DNA from: an uncultured Pseudomonadales bacterium
GTDB lineage: Bacteria; Patescibacteriota; Microgenomatia; UBA1400; PJMF01
Reading direction: 5' to 3'
NCBI GenBank assembly: GCA_964607285.1
Contig: CAZSJW010000004.1
Coordinates: forward strand, 7,063-71,062
DNA length: 64,000 bases
Below are positions 41,242 through 51,754 of the stretch, piece by piece; the first letter of the stretch is position 1, and every line of letters begins with the position of its first letter. The position numbers and the translations under genes were made by a program. Below the pieces are notes generated by a model, which saw nothing but the letters and a program-made list of their open reading frames with translations, did not search any database and was not told where the DNA came from.

Positions 41242-43015
41242 CCTCATTTACCTCTCAGAGTCATATACTAAACATACAACAGCAAAAATAGTGACAGTCG
41301 ATACCTCGGGAAACCAACCATTCATCATCCTCAACCAAACAGTTTTCTACGCCCAGGGCGGGGGACAACCAGCTGACAACGGAACCATCACCGGGAAAAA
41401 TGGTGTCATGGCTGTAACCCATGTGTCATACAACGGAGGAGAGCTGCAACACAAAGGCACAATCACTGGAACACTGGCAGCAGGAGACACTGTTGAACTA
41501 GAAATTGACTGGGAGCGCAGATATCGCCACATGCAACTACACACTGCAGGTCATATCTTAGATCAGGCAGTAAAAAATGCAGTGCCAAACTGTAAGGGTG
41601 TGGACGGCAATCATGGGTTGAGCAAAAAACCGTATGTTGAGTTTGACGCTGCTATTCAAGCATCGGACATCCCTGCAATTCAAGAGCAACTAGATGCAAT
41701 CAGAGTAGCTAATCTGCCTATCACTGCTGAGATGGTTACATATGACCAATTGGTGGCTCGTAATATTACGCTCCCTTTTGATTTGCCGAAGAACAAAGAA
41801 CTCCGCATTGTCCAAATTGGCGAGTATCCAACCATGCCTGACGGCGGTACTCAACTCAAGACTACTAGCGAATGCTTGCCTATTACAGCAACAGGCGTGG
41901 AAGCAGTACAAACAGAAACTGGCGACCGTTGGCGCGTCTACTACTCAGTTGGAGAGACAACTGCGGTGCAAGCCTCCAAACCACAATCCAGTGACAACAC
42001 AGTGCCTGAGGAATTTCAAACAGCCGTCCAAGCATTCATCACACAAAGCGCAACAGATACCACCCCCGCAGCAATTACCAAAGCTTTCAAGGCACTGACA
42101 ACGCAACTCAAATCAGTCCCCAAAGACCAAAAACCTGCCGCAGGCAAACTCCTAAACCAAGCCAAAGAAGCCATGGAAGCCCGCATCGCCGCCCTCGCCA
42201 GTAACCCAACAACCACCCAAACCTGGCAAGACCTAACCATGCCAGGCATCGCCCCAGCAATTGGCCACATCCACCCTGTCTCACAGGCCATGGAAGAAAT
42301 CACCCATATCTTCGAGCAAATCGGCTTCACCAGAGTTCGCTATCCAGAGGTAGATTGGGATTGGTATGTGTTCGAGAGTCTCAACATGCCACCCAGCCAC
42401 CCTGCTCGTGATGAGTGGGAGACGTTTTGGGTAGACTTGCCACCAAACAACGAAAAGGGGACAGTAGTTTTGACAACCCACACCTCCAATGGCCAAGTAC
42501 GGGAGATGGAGAGACTGAACAGCAAGCCGCCGATCCGCATGATCAACATCGCCCGCTGCTACCGCCGCCAGCAAGATGCCACACACACCCAAATGTTCCA
42601 CCAATTCGAGGGTTTGGTTGTGGACAAAGGCATCACCATTCAGCACCTCAAGGGAACGTTAGATTATTTCGCCAAAGAATTTTATGGTGAAGGTGTCAAA
42701 TCCCGTATCCGTCCGTTTCACTTTCAGTTTACTGAGCCGTCATTTGAGGTAGATTTCTCGTGTACCGTTTGCGATGGCACGGGCAAGGTTGGAACCGACA
42801 AATGTAAGTTCTGCAAATCGGGTTGGCACGAAGTCGGGGGCGCTGGCATGGTGCACCCTAATGTGCTCAAGGCTGGTGGCATAGACCCAGAGGAGTACAC
42901 TGGATTTGCTTTCGGATGGGGAATAGAGCGAACATACACGCTCAAACCAGGTTTGCATATCGATGACATTAGACAATTTTATAGCTCAGACCTCAGGTTC
43001 CTGCGCCAATTCTAA
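41231..43015 (+). CDS. pheS: Phenylalanyl-tRNA synthetase alpha subunit with N-terminal AlaX-like editing domain
   Basis: aa 1-243: YLSESY, FYAQGGGQPADNG, HMQLHTAGH, DGGTQ; C-terminal half: GHIHP, HPARD, THTSNGQ, DATHTQMFHQFEG, FTEPS, CxxC...CxxC insert, GFAFGWGIER. Confidence 0.93.
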   Translation: MKTNLIYLSESYTKHTTAKIVTVDTSGNQPFIILNQTVFYAQGGGQPADNGTITGKNGVMAVTHVSYNGGELQHKGTITGTLAAGDTVELEIDWERRYRHMQLHTAGHILDQAVKNAVPNCKGVDGNHGLSKKPYVEFDAAIQASDIPAIQEQLDAIRVANLPITAEMVTYDQLVARNITLPFDLPKNKELRIVQIGEYPTMPDGGTQLKTTSECLPITATGVEAVQTETGDRWRVYYSVGETTAVQASKPQSSDNTVPEEFQTAVQAFITQSATDTTPAAITKAFKALTTQLKSVPKDQKPAAGKLLNQAKEAMEARIAALASNPTTTQTWQDLTMPGIAPAIGHIHPVSQAMEEITHIFEQIGFTRVRYPEVDWDWYVFESLNMPPSHPARDEWETFWVDLPPNNEKGTVVLTTHTSNGQVREMERLNSKPPIRMINIARCYRRQQDATHTQMFHQFEGLVVDKGITIQHLKGTLDYFAKEFYGEGVKSRIRPFHFQFTEPSFEVDFSCTVCDGTGKVGTDKCKFCKSGWHEVGGAGMVHPNVLKAGGIDPEEYTGFAFGWGIERTYTLKPGLHIDDIRQFYSSDLRFLRQF

Positions 43016-43034
43016 ACTACACCGAAAGAAACTT

Positions 43035-45023
43035 ATGAACATCCTCATCCCACACTCTTGGCTCGCAGAACATCTGGAAACCGACGCCACCCCAGAAGAA
43101 CTCCAAGCCAACCTCTCCCTCTGCGGCCCATCCGTGGAGCGCATTTACGATCGCCAAGGCGAGCCTGTCTATGACATCGAAGTCACCACCAACCGTGTTG
43201 ACAGCATGTGCGTGCGTGGCGTTGCTCGTGAAGCAGGGGTTATCCTCAAGCAGTTTGGCAAACAAGCCAAGTTCTTGGAGAGAGCAGACCTCAGCCAAAA
43301 ACCACAACCAACTGGCGAGACGCTGCCTCTACCAAAAATCGTCAACAACCCCAAACTCTGCAAGCGGGTGTTGTGTGCAGTCCTAGATGGAGTAGAGCGA
43401 ACACCTACCCCCGCATGGATGGCCAAACGTCTCGAGCAAACAGACCAAAATGTCCACGACAGCGTCATTGACATCACCAACTACATTACGCACGAACTCG
43501 GACATCCTTGTCATGCGTTCGACTACGATGCAGTGATGGCATCTGGCGGCGTGATTATCGTCAAGGAAGCCGCACCTGACAAGAAGTTCAAAACCCTGGA
43601 CGGCCTAGAGTTCACCACCGTGGGTGGGGAAGTAGTGTTCGAGAATGAAGCAGGAGAAATTATTGATTTACCAGCCATAAAGGGCACAGCAAACACCTCG
43701 ATTTCTGACAAAACCAAGCGAGTGCTGCTCTGGATTGAGAACTTAGACGCCGAAAAAGTTCGGTTTGCCTCCATGACACATGCTATTCGCACGGTGGCGG
43801 CTCAGCTATCGGAGAAACATGTGGATCCAGCTTTGGGTGAAATCGTGTTATACCGTGGGATTCAACTCTATCAAGAACTTTGCAATGCCAGACTAGCCAG
43901 CCAAATATTTGACGAGTTCCCTGGCAAAGCTTCACCCACCACAGTTGAGCTTTCCCTTGAAAAGGTCAAACAGTACCTCGGACTAGAAATCCCATCCGAT
44001 CGCATCGAGGAAATCCTAAGAGACCTCGGTTGCCAAGTTCAGCTGAAAGGCAGACAACTTTCGGTCACACCGCCAACCTTTCGTCATGATTTAGCAATTC
44101 CTGCAGACATAATCGAGGAAATTGCTCGAGTCTACGGCTATCACATGCTACCAAGCACCTTGATGGATTCAAAAATCCCACTGGAGAAACCTCAGGGCTT
44201 TGATAGCTACCTCGAGTCTCGGCTGAAACGCTTCCTAGCAGCCATCGGCATGCAAGAAGTCTACACCTACTCGATGGTAAGTGAGGAAATTGCTCGGCAG
44301 TCAGGCTATGCTCTGAATGAGCAACTTAAACTTAAGAATCCGCTCACCGATGATCGGCTCTATTTGCGCCGGTCGCTTATTCCTTCCCTGGAGGAGGTGT
44401 TCACCAACAATCCGAATGATCAGCAGACCTCAATCTTCGAGTTTGCGAATGTGTATCATCCTCGCAAGGATGATCTGCCAGATGAGACAACACAGATTGG
44501 TATGCTGGGTACGGCAGGATATCGCTCATTGCGTGGGCAGGTGGAAGCATTGCTGGCACAGATGTTCTTGCTTGCAGTTGTCATCACTCCTCACGAGACT
44601 GCGCTACCTGACTTTTCGCAATCTGGCAACATCGTTACTACAGATGGCGTAGAGCTGGGTCACATAGGTGTTACTAAGCAGGGGAGAGCAGCTGCATCGT
44701 TGTCGCTGTCTGCTTTGACACAACATGCAAAGACGCACCCAACGTATGAACCACTGCCAAAAGCTGCTCCTGTTATTGAAGACTTGACCTTCACTTTGCC
44801 AGAAAAAACCCCAGTCGGAACAGTCTTGCAAACTATGCGCTCCGCCGATGCATTAGTGCATTCAGTTGATCTGGGCAGCGTGTACAATCAGAACTACAGT
44901 TTTCACATTGTCTATGCCGAACCAGAAGCCACACCAGCACCAGAAAAAATTGAAGCAATCAGAAAAATCTTGGTTACCCAAGTGGCTACAAAGCACCAAG
45001 GTACCTTGGTTGGCACAGTCTAG
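43035..45023 (+). CDS. pheT: Phenylalanyl-tRNA synthetase beta subunit (no B2 OB domain)
   Basis: MNILIPHSWL, IEVTTNRVD, IDITNY...GHPCHAFD (B3/4), PTFRHDL..PADIIEEIARVYGY, NPL...LRRSL. Confidence 0.93.
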   Translation: MNILIPHSWLAEHLETDATPEELQANLSLCGPSVERIYDRQGEPVYDIEVTTNRVDSMCVRGVAREAGVILKQFGKQAKFLERADLSQKPQPTGETLPLPKIVNNPKLCKRVLCAVLDGVERTPTPAWMAKRLEQTDQNVHDSVIDITNYITHELGHPCHAFDYDAVMASGGVIIVKEAAPDKKFKTLDGLEFTTVGGEVVFENEAGEIIDLPAIKGTANTSISDKTKRVLLWIENLDAEKVRFASMTHAIRTVAAQLSEKHVDPALGEIVLYRGIQLYQELCNARLASQIFDEFPGKASPTTVELSLEKVKQYLGLEIPSDRIEEILRDLGCQVQLKGRQLSVTPPTFRHDLAIPADIIEEIARVYGYHMLPSTLMDSKIPLEKPQGFDSYLESRLKRFLAAIGMQEVYTYSMVSEEIARQSGYALNEQLKLKNPLTDDRLYLRRSLIPSLEEVFTNNPNDQQTSIFEFANVYHPRKDDLPDETTQIGMLGTAGYRSLRGQVEALLAQMFLLAVVITPHETALPDFSQSGNIVTTDGVELGHIGVTKQGRAAASLSLSALTQHAKTHPTYEPLPKAAPVIEDLTFTLPEKTPVGTVLQTMRSADALVHSVDLGSVYNQNYSFHIVYAEPEATPAPEKIEAIRKILVTQVATKHQGTLVGTV

Positions 45024-45043
45024 GTCTGTACTTGGAAACCGCC

Positions 45044-46269
45044 ATGTATCGTATAAGGTACTGCTAGCGGCTATAGTGTTTCTTGCTCCTTCCAACTTGT
45101 TCTACAAGTTCTGGGAAACTGGATCATACATCCACGGCTTGCAAATTGACTACCTCATTGGCAAGGTATACCTAAGTCAAATTCCTTTGTTGCTGCTGCT
45201 CATTTTGTGGTTGAGCGAAAAAATCACCTGGAGCAAGCTAAAAAAATACTGGCAAAGTTCCTATACCAAATATTTTATCATTTTGTTTCTGATACTCGGG
45301 TTTCGACAGCTCTTTACTCCTGAACCAATTGTCAGCCTTTGGCAGTGGTTCTCCCTTGGAACAGTAGGTCTATTTGGTTTGTATGTACATGAAAGATATA
45401 AAACACTAGGCAAGTCTGTAATTCCCTGGGCACTGGCTGCCACCATCGTGTTTCAATCTATTGTTGGACTTGTCCAGTACACCGTGCAACATGAACTAAT
45501 CGGCTACCAATTTTTGGGCGAACCAACATTGTCAAGATCTATTGGAATAACTACTGCAACTGTAGCGGGGGCAGAGCGCATCTTGCCGTACGGCACCACT
45601 GCACATCCCAATGTGTTAGCAGGCTTTTTAGCCATCTACTCACTGTTGCTACTCCGTACTAGTCACTCAAAACTGCACACCCTCCCAATTATCCTGCTTG
45701 GAACAATCACTGTTTTCATCACAACTTCTGTAAGTGGAGTACTCACCCTATGTTTTGGGCTCCTGCTGACTATGCTACCAAACAAAATACTACCTGGTTC
45801 ACTATCTCAAAAGGTGCTACTTGTACTGCTTCTAGTGGCTGTCCCCATACTAATTGCAAGTGTGGCCACAACAGCACCTAAAAATCTCTCAGTCGTCCGC
45901 CGTGCGTATCTACAACAATCTGGGCTGCGTATCTTTGCCCAATACCCAATCTTTGGAACGGGTATACAGACAGTGACCAGATACATTGAGTCTTACTCAC
46001 CTTCACCAGAGGTAGTAAGATTTACTCAACCACCACATCATGTAGGAGTTTCACTTCTGGCTGAGACGGGCATATTTGGTTTGGGTATACTGGTAGTTCT
46101 ACTTCACAGCTACAAGCACTCTGCAAAACTACTTGCAGCAGCACCAATTTTAGTTCTTGATCACTATATATGGACTATATTGCCTGGAACGTTCTTGATT
46201 TTTTTATTCATGGCAGTAGTCTCCAATGAACAAAAAAACCTCGCAGAGTCAGAAAAACTAACTACTTAG
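45044..46269 (+). CDS. O-antigen ligase / Wzy-like membrane protein (start uncertain)
   Basis: PYGTTAHPNVLAGF, PIFGTG, PPHHV...LAETGIFG; the ORF-track start overlaps pheT; ATG 45044 needs one extra base to join the frame. Confidence 0.75.
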
Positions 46270-48025
46270 TTTGATCTGGGGGAGCAATACTAACCCGCAC
46301 TCCTGGGAACTGTGCTCTCAAGTTATTTAGAATTACTTCTCCCTCTGTTGGGGTAATCACAGACTCACCTCGGGCAACAATTTGATCTAAGCTATCATTG
46401 CCTCGTATATACGCTAGTAATCTATGCAACAATCCCTTCCTGGGAGGTGTATTCAGTTCATCCAAAGGTATAACCTCAAGTAAATCTACGGTTTTCACAC
46501 TAGCAATCTGCTCTACAGGAAACTGGACTGATGCGGGTAAATGCAGGTTTACTTTTCCTTCCCAAGAAAGCCTGGCATATCCGTCATCACGTTCGGTGAT
46601 TGCGGTGGCTTTTACAATTTTTTGCTCTGGGTTTGCTGACTGCATAAACACCGCTAGCTCTGACGAGCTTAGCTTGCTCCTTTTTTGGAAGTCACTCATC
46701 ACTGGTCCTAACTCCTCTAGAAGTTGATCAATGCTATAAGGATTTGCCTTGCTGAAACTCTCCAACCAAGCAGGAAATAACAGCTCCAGTGCTTCAATTT
46801 CACTCGCTGCTGGTTCAATTATTTCAAGTATCTCCTGTAGTTCTGACTGCATCCAGTAGGGAAGGGAGTATCTCTCAGTGATCAGCTGTTTTTTTTCAAC
46901 AAGACTTACTGACTCTTGCTGAGCGTCATTGCGCAAATACCAATACCCAGAATGAGACAAAAGTTCGCTAATGACACTATTGTTTTCTGCACCGACAGAA
47001 TTAAATGGAATATGTGCACTGAGCTGCAATGTCTCCATCACGCAAGCAAAAAGGTACAACCTAGCTCTATCTTTATTCATCTCTCCAAGTGGTATACGTA
47101 GTTTGTTCTTGTCCAGCATAAGCATATACAACCCTTTTACTTGCTCATGTAGCTGAAGAATAGGACTTTTTTTGCTTCTTCTCAATCCAGCTGGATTATC
47201 TGAATCAACTGAGTTTGGTACATCGGGCTTAAAAGCATTCGGCAGGCGCAGTGCAAATAGGTACCGAAGAAAAGTGTCTTCTGCTGTACGTTCTGGAAAA
47301 ACTGGATGTTCCTGAGTATATTTTTGTGAATACGCTGGCAACGAATTGAAAAAAGCGTTCCAGTTAAGTTTGAGTACTTTGAACTGCTCTAATGACTGAT
47401 TAGCAAAGTAACCCCCAAATTCTGTGCCACCAATTCCCAGCGTCTGGACTGCGACAAGCGCACGGTCCGATGCACTATACATGACTGGAAAGGCAACTTT
47501 TTCACCCAAAGCCACTGAGGCTACTGCAATACACTCATGGAATTTTCGACTCAATTGCTCAAAGCTGGGTCTGAGTGGGTCAGTTACTTCATTAGCTCTC
47601 TCTGCTAGTATGAACTCTGCCATTTTTCTAAGTTCAGACACAGAAACAACCTCGCTTTCGGCATTTTCTTGGTGCGCTGCCTCTAAACCCTTATGTATTA
47701 CGTTGGCCAACTGCGCTACAGGCAAAGAATGCAGTGAAAGTGTCAGACGTTTAGTCAGCACAGCAAAACCCAGTCGAGGCTTCCACCTGGTAGCTTCTGA
47801 CTCCATTTCGACTCTAGGTCTGAGTGCAACTTCAGCAGTTGTTCCATGCAGAAGTTGCTGAAGTCCTGTACTATCTTCTGGCGACTGCAACTCTAAAAGA
47901 GGATCTATGACACCAAGAATGGTTGCCAGTCGTAATCGAGCAGCAATCTCACTTTCTGTCTCTGTGCGAATTATGTAATCGAAAGTCTGTTCGTATGCAT
48001 CAAGTTCTTTCACCATACCTACCAA
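46262..48025 (-). CDS. Hypothetical protein (587 aa)
   Basis: Long ORF, no motif recognised. Confidence 0.7.
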   Translation of the reverse strand: MVGMVKELDAYEQTFDYIIRTETESEIAARLRLATILGVIDPLLELQSPEDSTGLQQLLHGTTAEVALRPRVEMESEATRWKPRLGFAVLTKRLTLSLHSLPVAQLANVIHKGLEAAHQENAESEVVSVSELRKMAEFILAERANEVTDPLRPSFEQLSRKFHECIAVASVALGEKVAFPVMYSASDRALVAVQTLGIGGTEFGGYFANQSLEQFKVLKLNWNAFFNSLPAYSQKYTQEHPVFPERTAEDTFLRYLFALRLPNAFKPDVPNSVDSDNPAGLRRSKKSPILQLHEQVKGLYMLMLDKNKLRIPLGEMNKDRARLYLFACVMETLQLSAHIPFNSVGAENNSVISELLSHSGYWYLRNDAQQESVSLVEKKQLITERYSLPYWMQSELQEILEIIEPAASEIEALELLFPAWLESFSKANPYSIDQLLEELGPVMSDFQKRSKLSSSELAVFMQSANPEQKIVKATAITERDDGYARLSWEGKVNLHLPASVQFPVEQIASVKTVDLLEVIPLDELNTPPRKGLLHRLLAYIRGNDSLDQIVARGESVITPTEGEVILNNLRAQFPGVRVSIAPPDQTK

Positions 48026-48079
48026 GTATACTTCAGAAAGGTCAATACAACTATCTGAGAGTATGTGTATACTGAGTAC

Positions 48080-48169
48080 ATGCTACGACTTATCCAATTA
48101 CTCCTGGTACTGAGCTTCATTGCACTTGCAGGATACTATCTCATCAATGCATTTGGCGTGCAGCTATAA
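48080..48169 (+). CDS. Small membrane peptide (29 aa)
   Basis: MLRLIQLLLVLSFIALAGYYLINAFGVQL with TATACT 6 nt before the ATG. Confidence 0.5.
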   Translation: MLRLIQLLLVLSFIALAGYYLINAFGVQL

Positions 48170-48257
48170 ATATTCAGTTTAGGTACTTTCCCACTTGCGA
48201 ACAACATTCTTGCGTTGTACAGTACATCACTCGTTTAAAAATACATATTAAATACGT

Positions 48258-48788
48258 ATGAATAAAGATAGAGAACCCAAAACTGGATCAACGATACTTC
48301 GCCTGTTACTCTCCTGTACCACACTAGCATCTGTGTTTCTGGCAGGATGCAGAGGTGATCAAGAAAGAAATGTTTCACTCAAAGCACTGGAAGTATTCTG
48401 CAAGGATCCCCAGAATAGTGAAGTTTGTACCTTTGAAACCTACGGGAGTGTGGGACTACAGGCCTGGCCTCATGCCGCTATTGTGTTATTTACATCAGAT
48501 CTCACAGTAAATGAATCTCATATATACCTGCCAAATGCAGGGGGTGATTGTGGATTTACAGACACGTACGATCCAAGTAATTACTTGATTAATACAAATG
48601 GTGGTCTATATTATCGTGCTGTGCACGATACTAATGGAGATGGTATAGCTGACCCGGCTCTCACGACCATTTCAGAAAATGATTTAACACCTATACCAAG
48701 TCCTATACCTCCAAGACCTGGACACAAAGGAACAGATATCTCAGTGCATTTCCTCTGTGCAGAAAACTTAACTACAATTGATCAATAA
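48258..48788 (+). CDS. Putative lipoprotein / secreted protein
   Basis: Hydrophobic stretch ending in LAGC; DTNGDG Ca-loop-like motif. Confidence 0.6.
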   Translation: MNKDREPKTGSTILRLLLSCTTLASVFLAGCRGDQERNVSLKALEVFCKDPQNSEVCTFETYGSVGLQAWPHAAIVLFTSDLTVNESHIYLPNAGGDCGFTDTYDPSNYLINTNGGLYYRAVHDTNGDGIADPALTTISENDLTPIPSPIPPRPGHKGTDISVHFLCAENLTTIDQ

Positions 48789-48823
48789 TTCTTTTCTGCG
48801 AGAATGGATTCTGAAATAATGCC

Positions 48824-51607
48824 TCAGGGCAAATCAATAATTGGAGTGGCTTCAGGGGTTGGAGTTGGAGTAGGTGCTATGCTGGGTGTAGGACTCGGAT
48901 CTGGCTGATTCCACTCCACACCACCAGTACCAATGCGCACCGAACCACTCTCCTTTGATTTTCCTGATCTGGAGTAAGCTTTTGCTTTAAGTTCATACCG
49001 ACCCGCAGGTAAGTTTAAGGTGCCAGAATACTCACGATTATTGATTGTTTCTCGTAAACTACCGTTGACAAACAGTTCTATCTTCTCGATACCATCGCCA
49101 GCATCAGCTACTACCTTAACTTCAATATTTGTACCACCGTGGTTGCTCTCATTGCCTGGTTTATCAACTTTTACAAACACTTCATTTTGCTCACCACAAT
49201 ACTCTGTAGGAATTTTGAAACGACCGTCTTCCTGACCACCAATCCAGGCATCAATTGCCTCTTGCCAGCGATTTTTATCATCCTGACTGACAGGGTCGTT
49301 TTCGCGAATCACAACGAACTCTCTCTCATCAAAGTCTCCTGCTGCAATGCGAGCATCATTTGCTAGCTTGTTCTCACCACGACATAGTTTGAGCTTGACA
49401 TGAATTGGATCGGGTGGAGCAGGGACAGTGCCTTTCAACACATACGTCTCAACTGAAGGAAAATCATCATGGGCACCATACCCAGAGATAGTGTCCAGTG
49501 CTATGCTCTCCACTTCACTTGGAGGTTCCCACGCAGGGGTTTTATATCCTGCTTCTTGTGCAGCCAGCAGGATACGTCTCCAAATTGGTGTAGCTCCAGA
49601 AACGCCTGATGCTACTTGTTTCATCGCACTATTATCATTATTTCCTACCCAAGCGGCTACCAACACCTCCTGACCCCAACCAACTGCCCAGTTGTCACGC
49701 TGATCGTTAGTGGTTCCAGTTTTGACAGATACACCTGCACCCATGTTGAGCAGTGAGTTTGCTCCAAATGCCATGAGCCGAGCATTGTTGTCCGAAAGAA
49801 TGTGATTGATCAAAAAGGCTTCACCTTCGGTCATCACTTGTTTGCCTTGGACAGGTCTGTGTTCAAAAATTGTCTTACCGTCTTTGTCCTGCACTTTGAG
49901 GATAGAAACTGGTTCAACTTTGACACCACCATTAGCAAAAGAGGAGTACGCAGTGGCAGTATCCAGCATGTGTACTTCAGCACCACCGAGCGTCACAGCA
50001 AGCCCAAATCTACGCATATTTTCCGCAGTTGGTTCAAACGTGACAAAACCCATGTCATACGCTGTTTGTAGAAACTCATCCACACCAACCATTGCCAAAG
50101 CTTTGACGGCTGGAATATTTAAAGAACTACCGAGCGAGTTGCGCACAGAAACGGGCCCTCGGAACTTGCCATCGTAGTTTTTTGGTTCGTATGGCTTATC
50201 AACATCATGCCCAGTTGCAAAAGTAGTAAGAACATCCATTATCATGCTCTGCGGGGTATACCCTTTGCGCATGAGTGCTAAATAGGTGACGGGCTTGATC
50301 GATGATCCTGGCTGGCGAAGTCCATCCACGACCACATTGAACTGGCCTGAACCAGACGCATCAAAAAAGTCACGACTTCCCACCATACTTAACAACTCAC
50401 CAGTGCGAGGATCTACCACAACTGCTGCTCCATTGGTAATGTTTAGGTTTAAGACTTTGTTTACTTCTTCACTGACGATTTCTTGTGCTTTTAGATGAAG
50501 GTCTAGATCAAGAGAGGTTGTGACACTAAATCCACCTGTCTCTAAAACATCCTCTCCGTACATTTCAGCCAACTGATCACGGATGTAAAACACAAAGTGA
50601 GGGGCTTTCATGTCATTGGCTGCACGCTGAAACTGCATAGTTTCCAACTCTGACATTGCTTGATCAAATGACAACTGGGTCAAATAACCATCTTCACGCA
50701 TGCGAATCAAGACACCTTTTGCACGCACTTTCCAAAGCGGCGTACCGTCATCATCTGTGCCACCTGTATAGGGTGAGTATGCAGATGGCCGCTGTGGCAA
50801 TCCAGCTAAAATTGCTGACTCAGCAACAGTTAAATCCTTGAGTGGTTTATTAAAATAAATTTCTGTGGCAGTACCAACACCCCAAGCTGTCCCGCCATAC
50901 GGAGCTTCATTCAGATACATTTCTAGAATCTGGTCTTTGGTAAACGTGCGTTCGATCTGGAGTGCTAAAACAAACTCTTTAAACTTGCGTGTCAGACTGC
51001 GTTCATTAGTCAGCAAAGCGTTTTTAACTAACTGCTGAGTGAGAGTAGAGCCACCAACTACCCGCTGCCTAAACACTATGTTGTAGGGAATACGAAGAAC
51101 TGTCAGGTAATCAAAACCTTGGTGGTTATAGAACTCTTTATCCTCGATAGCCACCACTGCATCTTTGAGGTGCTGAGGAGCTTGATCTATGGTGATAGGA
51201 TTTCTGCGTTCATCCCCATACAAATCATTGAGCAACTTACCATTCCTATCATAAATTTTGGTACTGAAGCCTGTCCTGCGAACCACTTCTCCAGGTTTTG
51301 GTAAATCACGGGAAAACCAGGCAAACAAGACAAAGAAGCCAACCACACCCGCCAAAATACAACCAAGTGCACCTAAGGCCGCCAAGCGGATTAGCTTTAT
51401 TATTCTCAGTCGCCGCTGCGCTTCAGATACTGTGCTGCCAGCTAACCGAGAGCGAGCTTGTTTTTGGAGTTTACGTTTGAAGATCATAATTGGCTCAACC
51501 ACCCGCTGTACTCTGGGGTGAGACTCAAGAAATAGCTCAGTGCGAGCAATCAAGGACAGGATGTGTGGCTCAAGAGCAGCCCAAGCACGAGCTAGTTTGT
51601 CTCGCAT
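48824..51607 (-). CDS. Class A penicillin-binding protein (PBP1A family) with C-terminal Ig-like domain
   Basis: EDKEFYNHQG, GGSTLTQQL, RKFKE (GT51); SSIK, SLN, KTG (transpeptidase); KIELFVNG Big-like domain and PT tail. Confidence 0.93.
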   Translation of the reverse strand: MRDKLARAWAALEPHILSLIARTELFLESHPRVQRVVEPIMIFKRKLQKQARSRLAGSTVSEAQRRLRIIKLIRLAALGALGCILAGVVGFFVLFAWFSRDLPKPGEVVRRTGFSTKIYDRNGKLLNDLYGDERRNPITIDQAPQHLKDAVVAIEDKEFYNHQGFDYLTVLRIPYNIVFRQRVVGGSTLTQQLVKNALLTNERSLTRKFKEFVLALQIERTFTKDQILEMYLNEAPYGGTAWGVGTATEIYFNKPLKDLTVAESAILAGLPQRPSAYSPYTGGTDDDGTPLWKVRAKGVLIRMREDGYLTQLSFDQAMSELETMQFQRAANDMKAPHFVFYIRDQLAEMYGEDVLETGGFSVTTSLDLDLHLKAQEIVSEEVNKVLNLNITNGAAVVVDPRTGELLSMVGSRDFFDASGSGQFNVVVDGLRQPGSSIKPVTYLALMRKGYTPQSMIMDVLTTFATGHDVDKPYEPKNYDGKFRGPVSVRNSLGSSLNIPAVKALAMVGVDEFLQTAYDMGFVTFEPTAENMRRFGLAVTLGGAEVHMLDTATAYSSFANGGVKVEPVSILKVQDKDGKTIFEHRPVQGKQVMTEGEAFLINHILSDNNARLMAFGANSLLNMGAGVSVKTGTTNDQRDNWAVGWGQEVLVAAWVGNNDNSAMKQVASGVSGATPIWRRILLAAQEAGYKTPAWEPPSEVESIALDTISGYGAHDDFPSVETYVLKGTVPAPPDPIHVKLKLCRGENKLANDARIAAGDFDEREFVVIRENDPVSQDDKNRWQEAIDAWIGGQEDGRFKIPTEYCGEQNEVFVKVDKPGNESNHGGTNIEVKVVADAGDGIEKIELFVNGSLRETINNREYSGTLNLPAGRYELKAKAYSRSGKSKESGSVRIGTGGVEWNQPDPSPTPSIAPTPTPTPEATPIIDLP

Positions 51608-51754
51608 AGACCACTATTGTAGCGGAAATGATGGAAATTGCTACTTCTCAAGCAGTTATGCTATTTTGATTCTTGAAAAAACCTCCTTCATGGATCTGTT
51701 TCGTCCAGTCCTGCATTGAAACAGTGTTTGCACTCATTGCTAAGTATGTCCTAT

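Noticed and set aside
42000-43700. Visibly C-rich codon usage in pheS/pheT (and in the tyrS core) suggesting horizontal transfer
   Set aside because: Only a visual impression; rplT looks similar, so expression-linked codon bias is an equally good explanation without computation.
42963-45043. ORF-track starts for pheT (42963) and the ligase-like gene (44866)
   Set aside because: Both overlap the preceding conserved genes; recognisable sequence begins at 43035 and about 45044.
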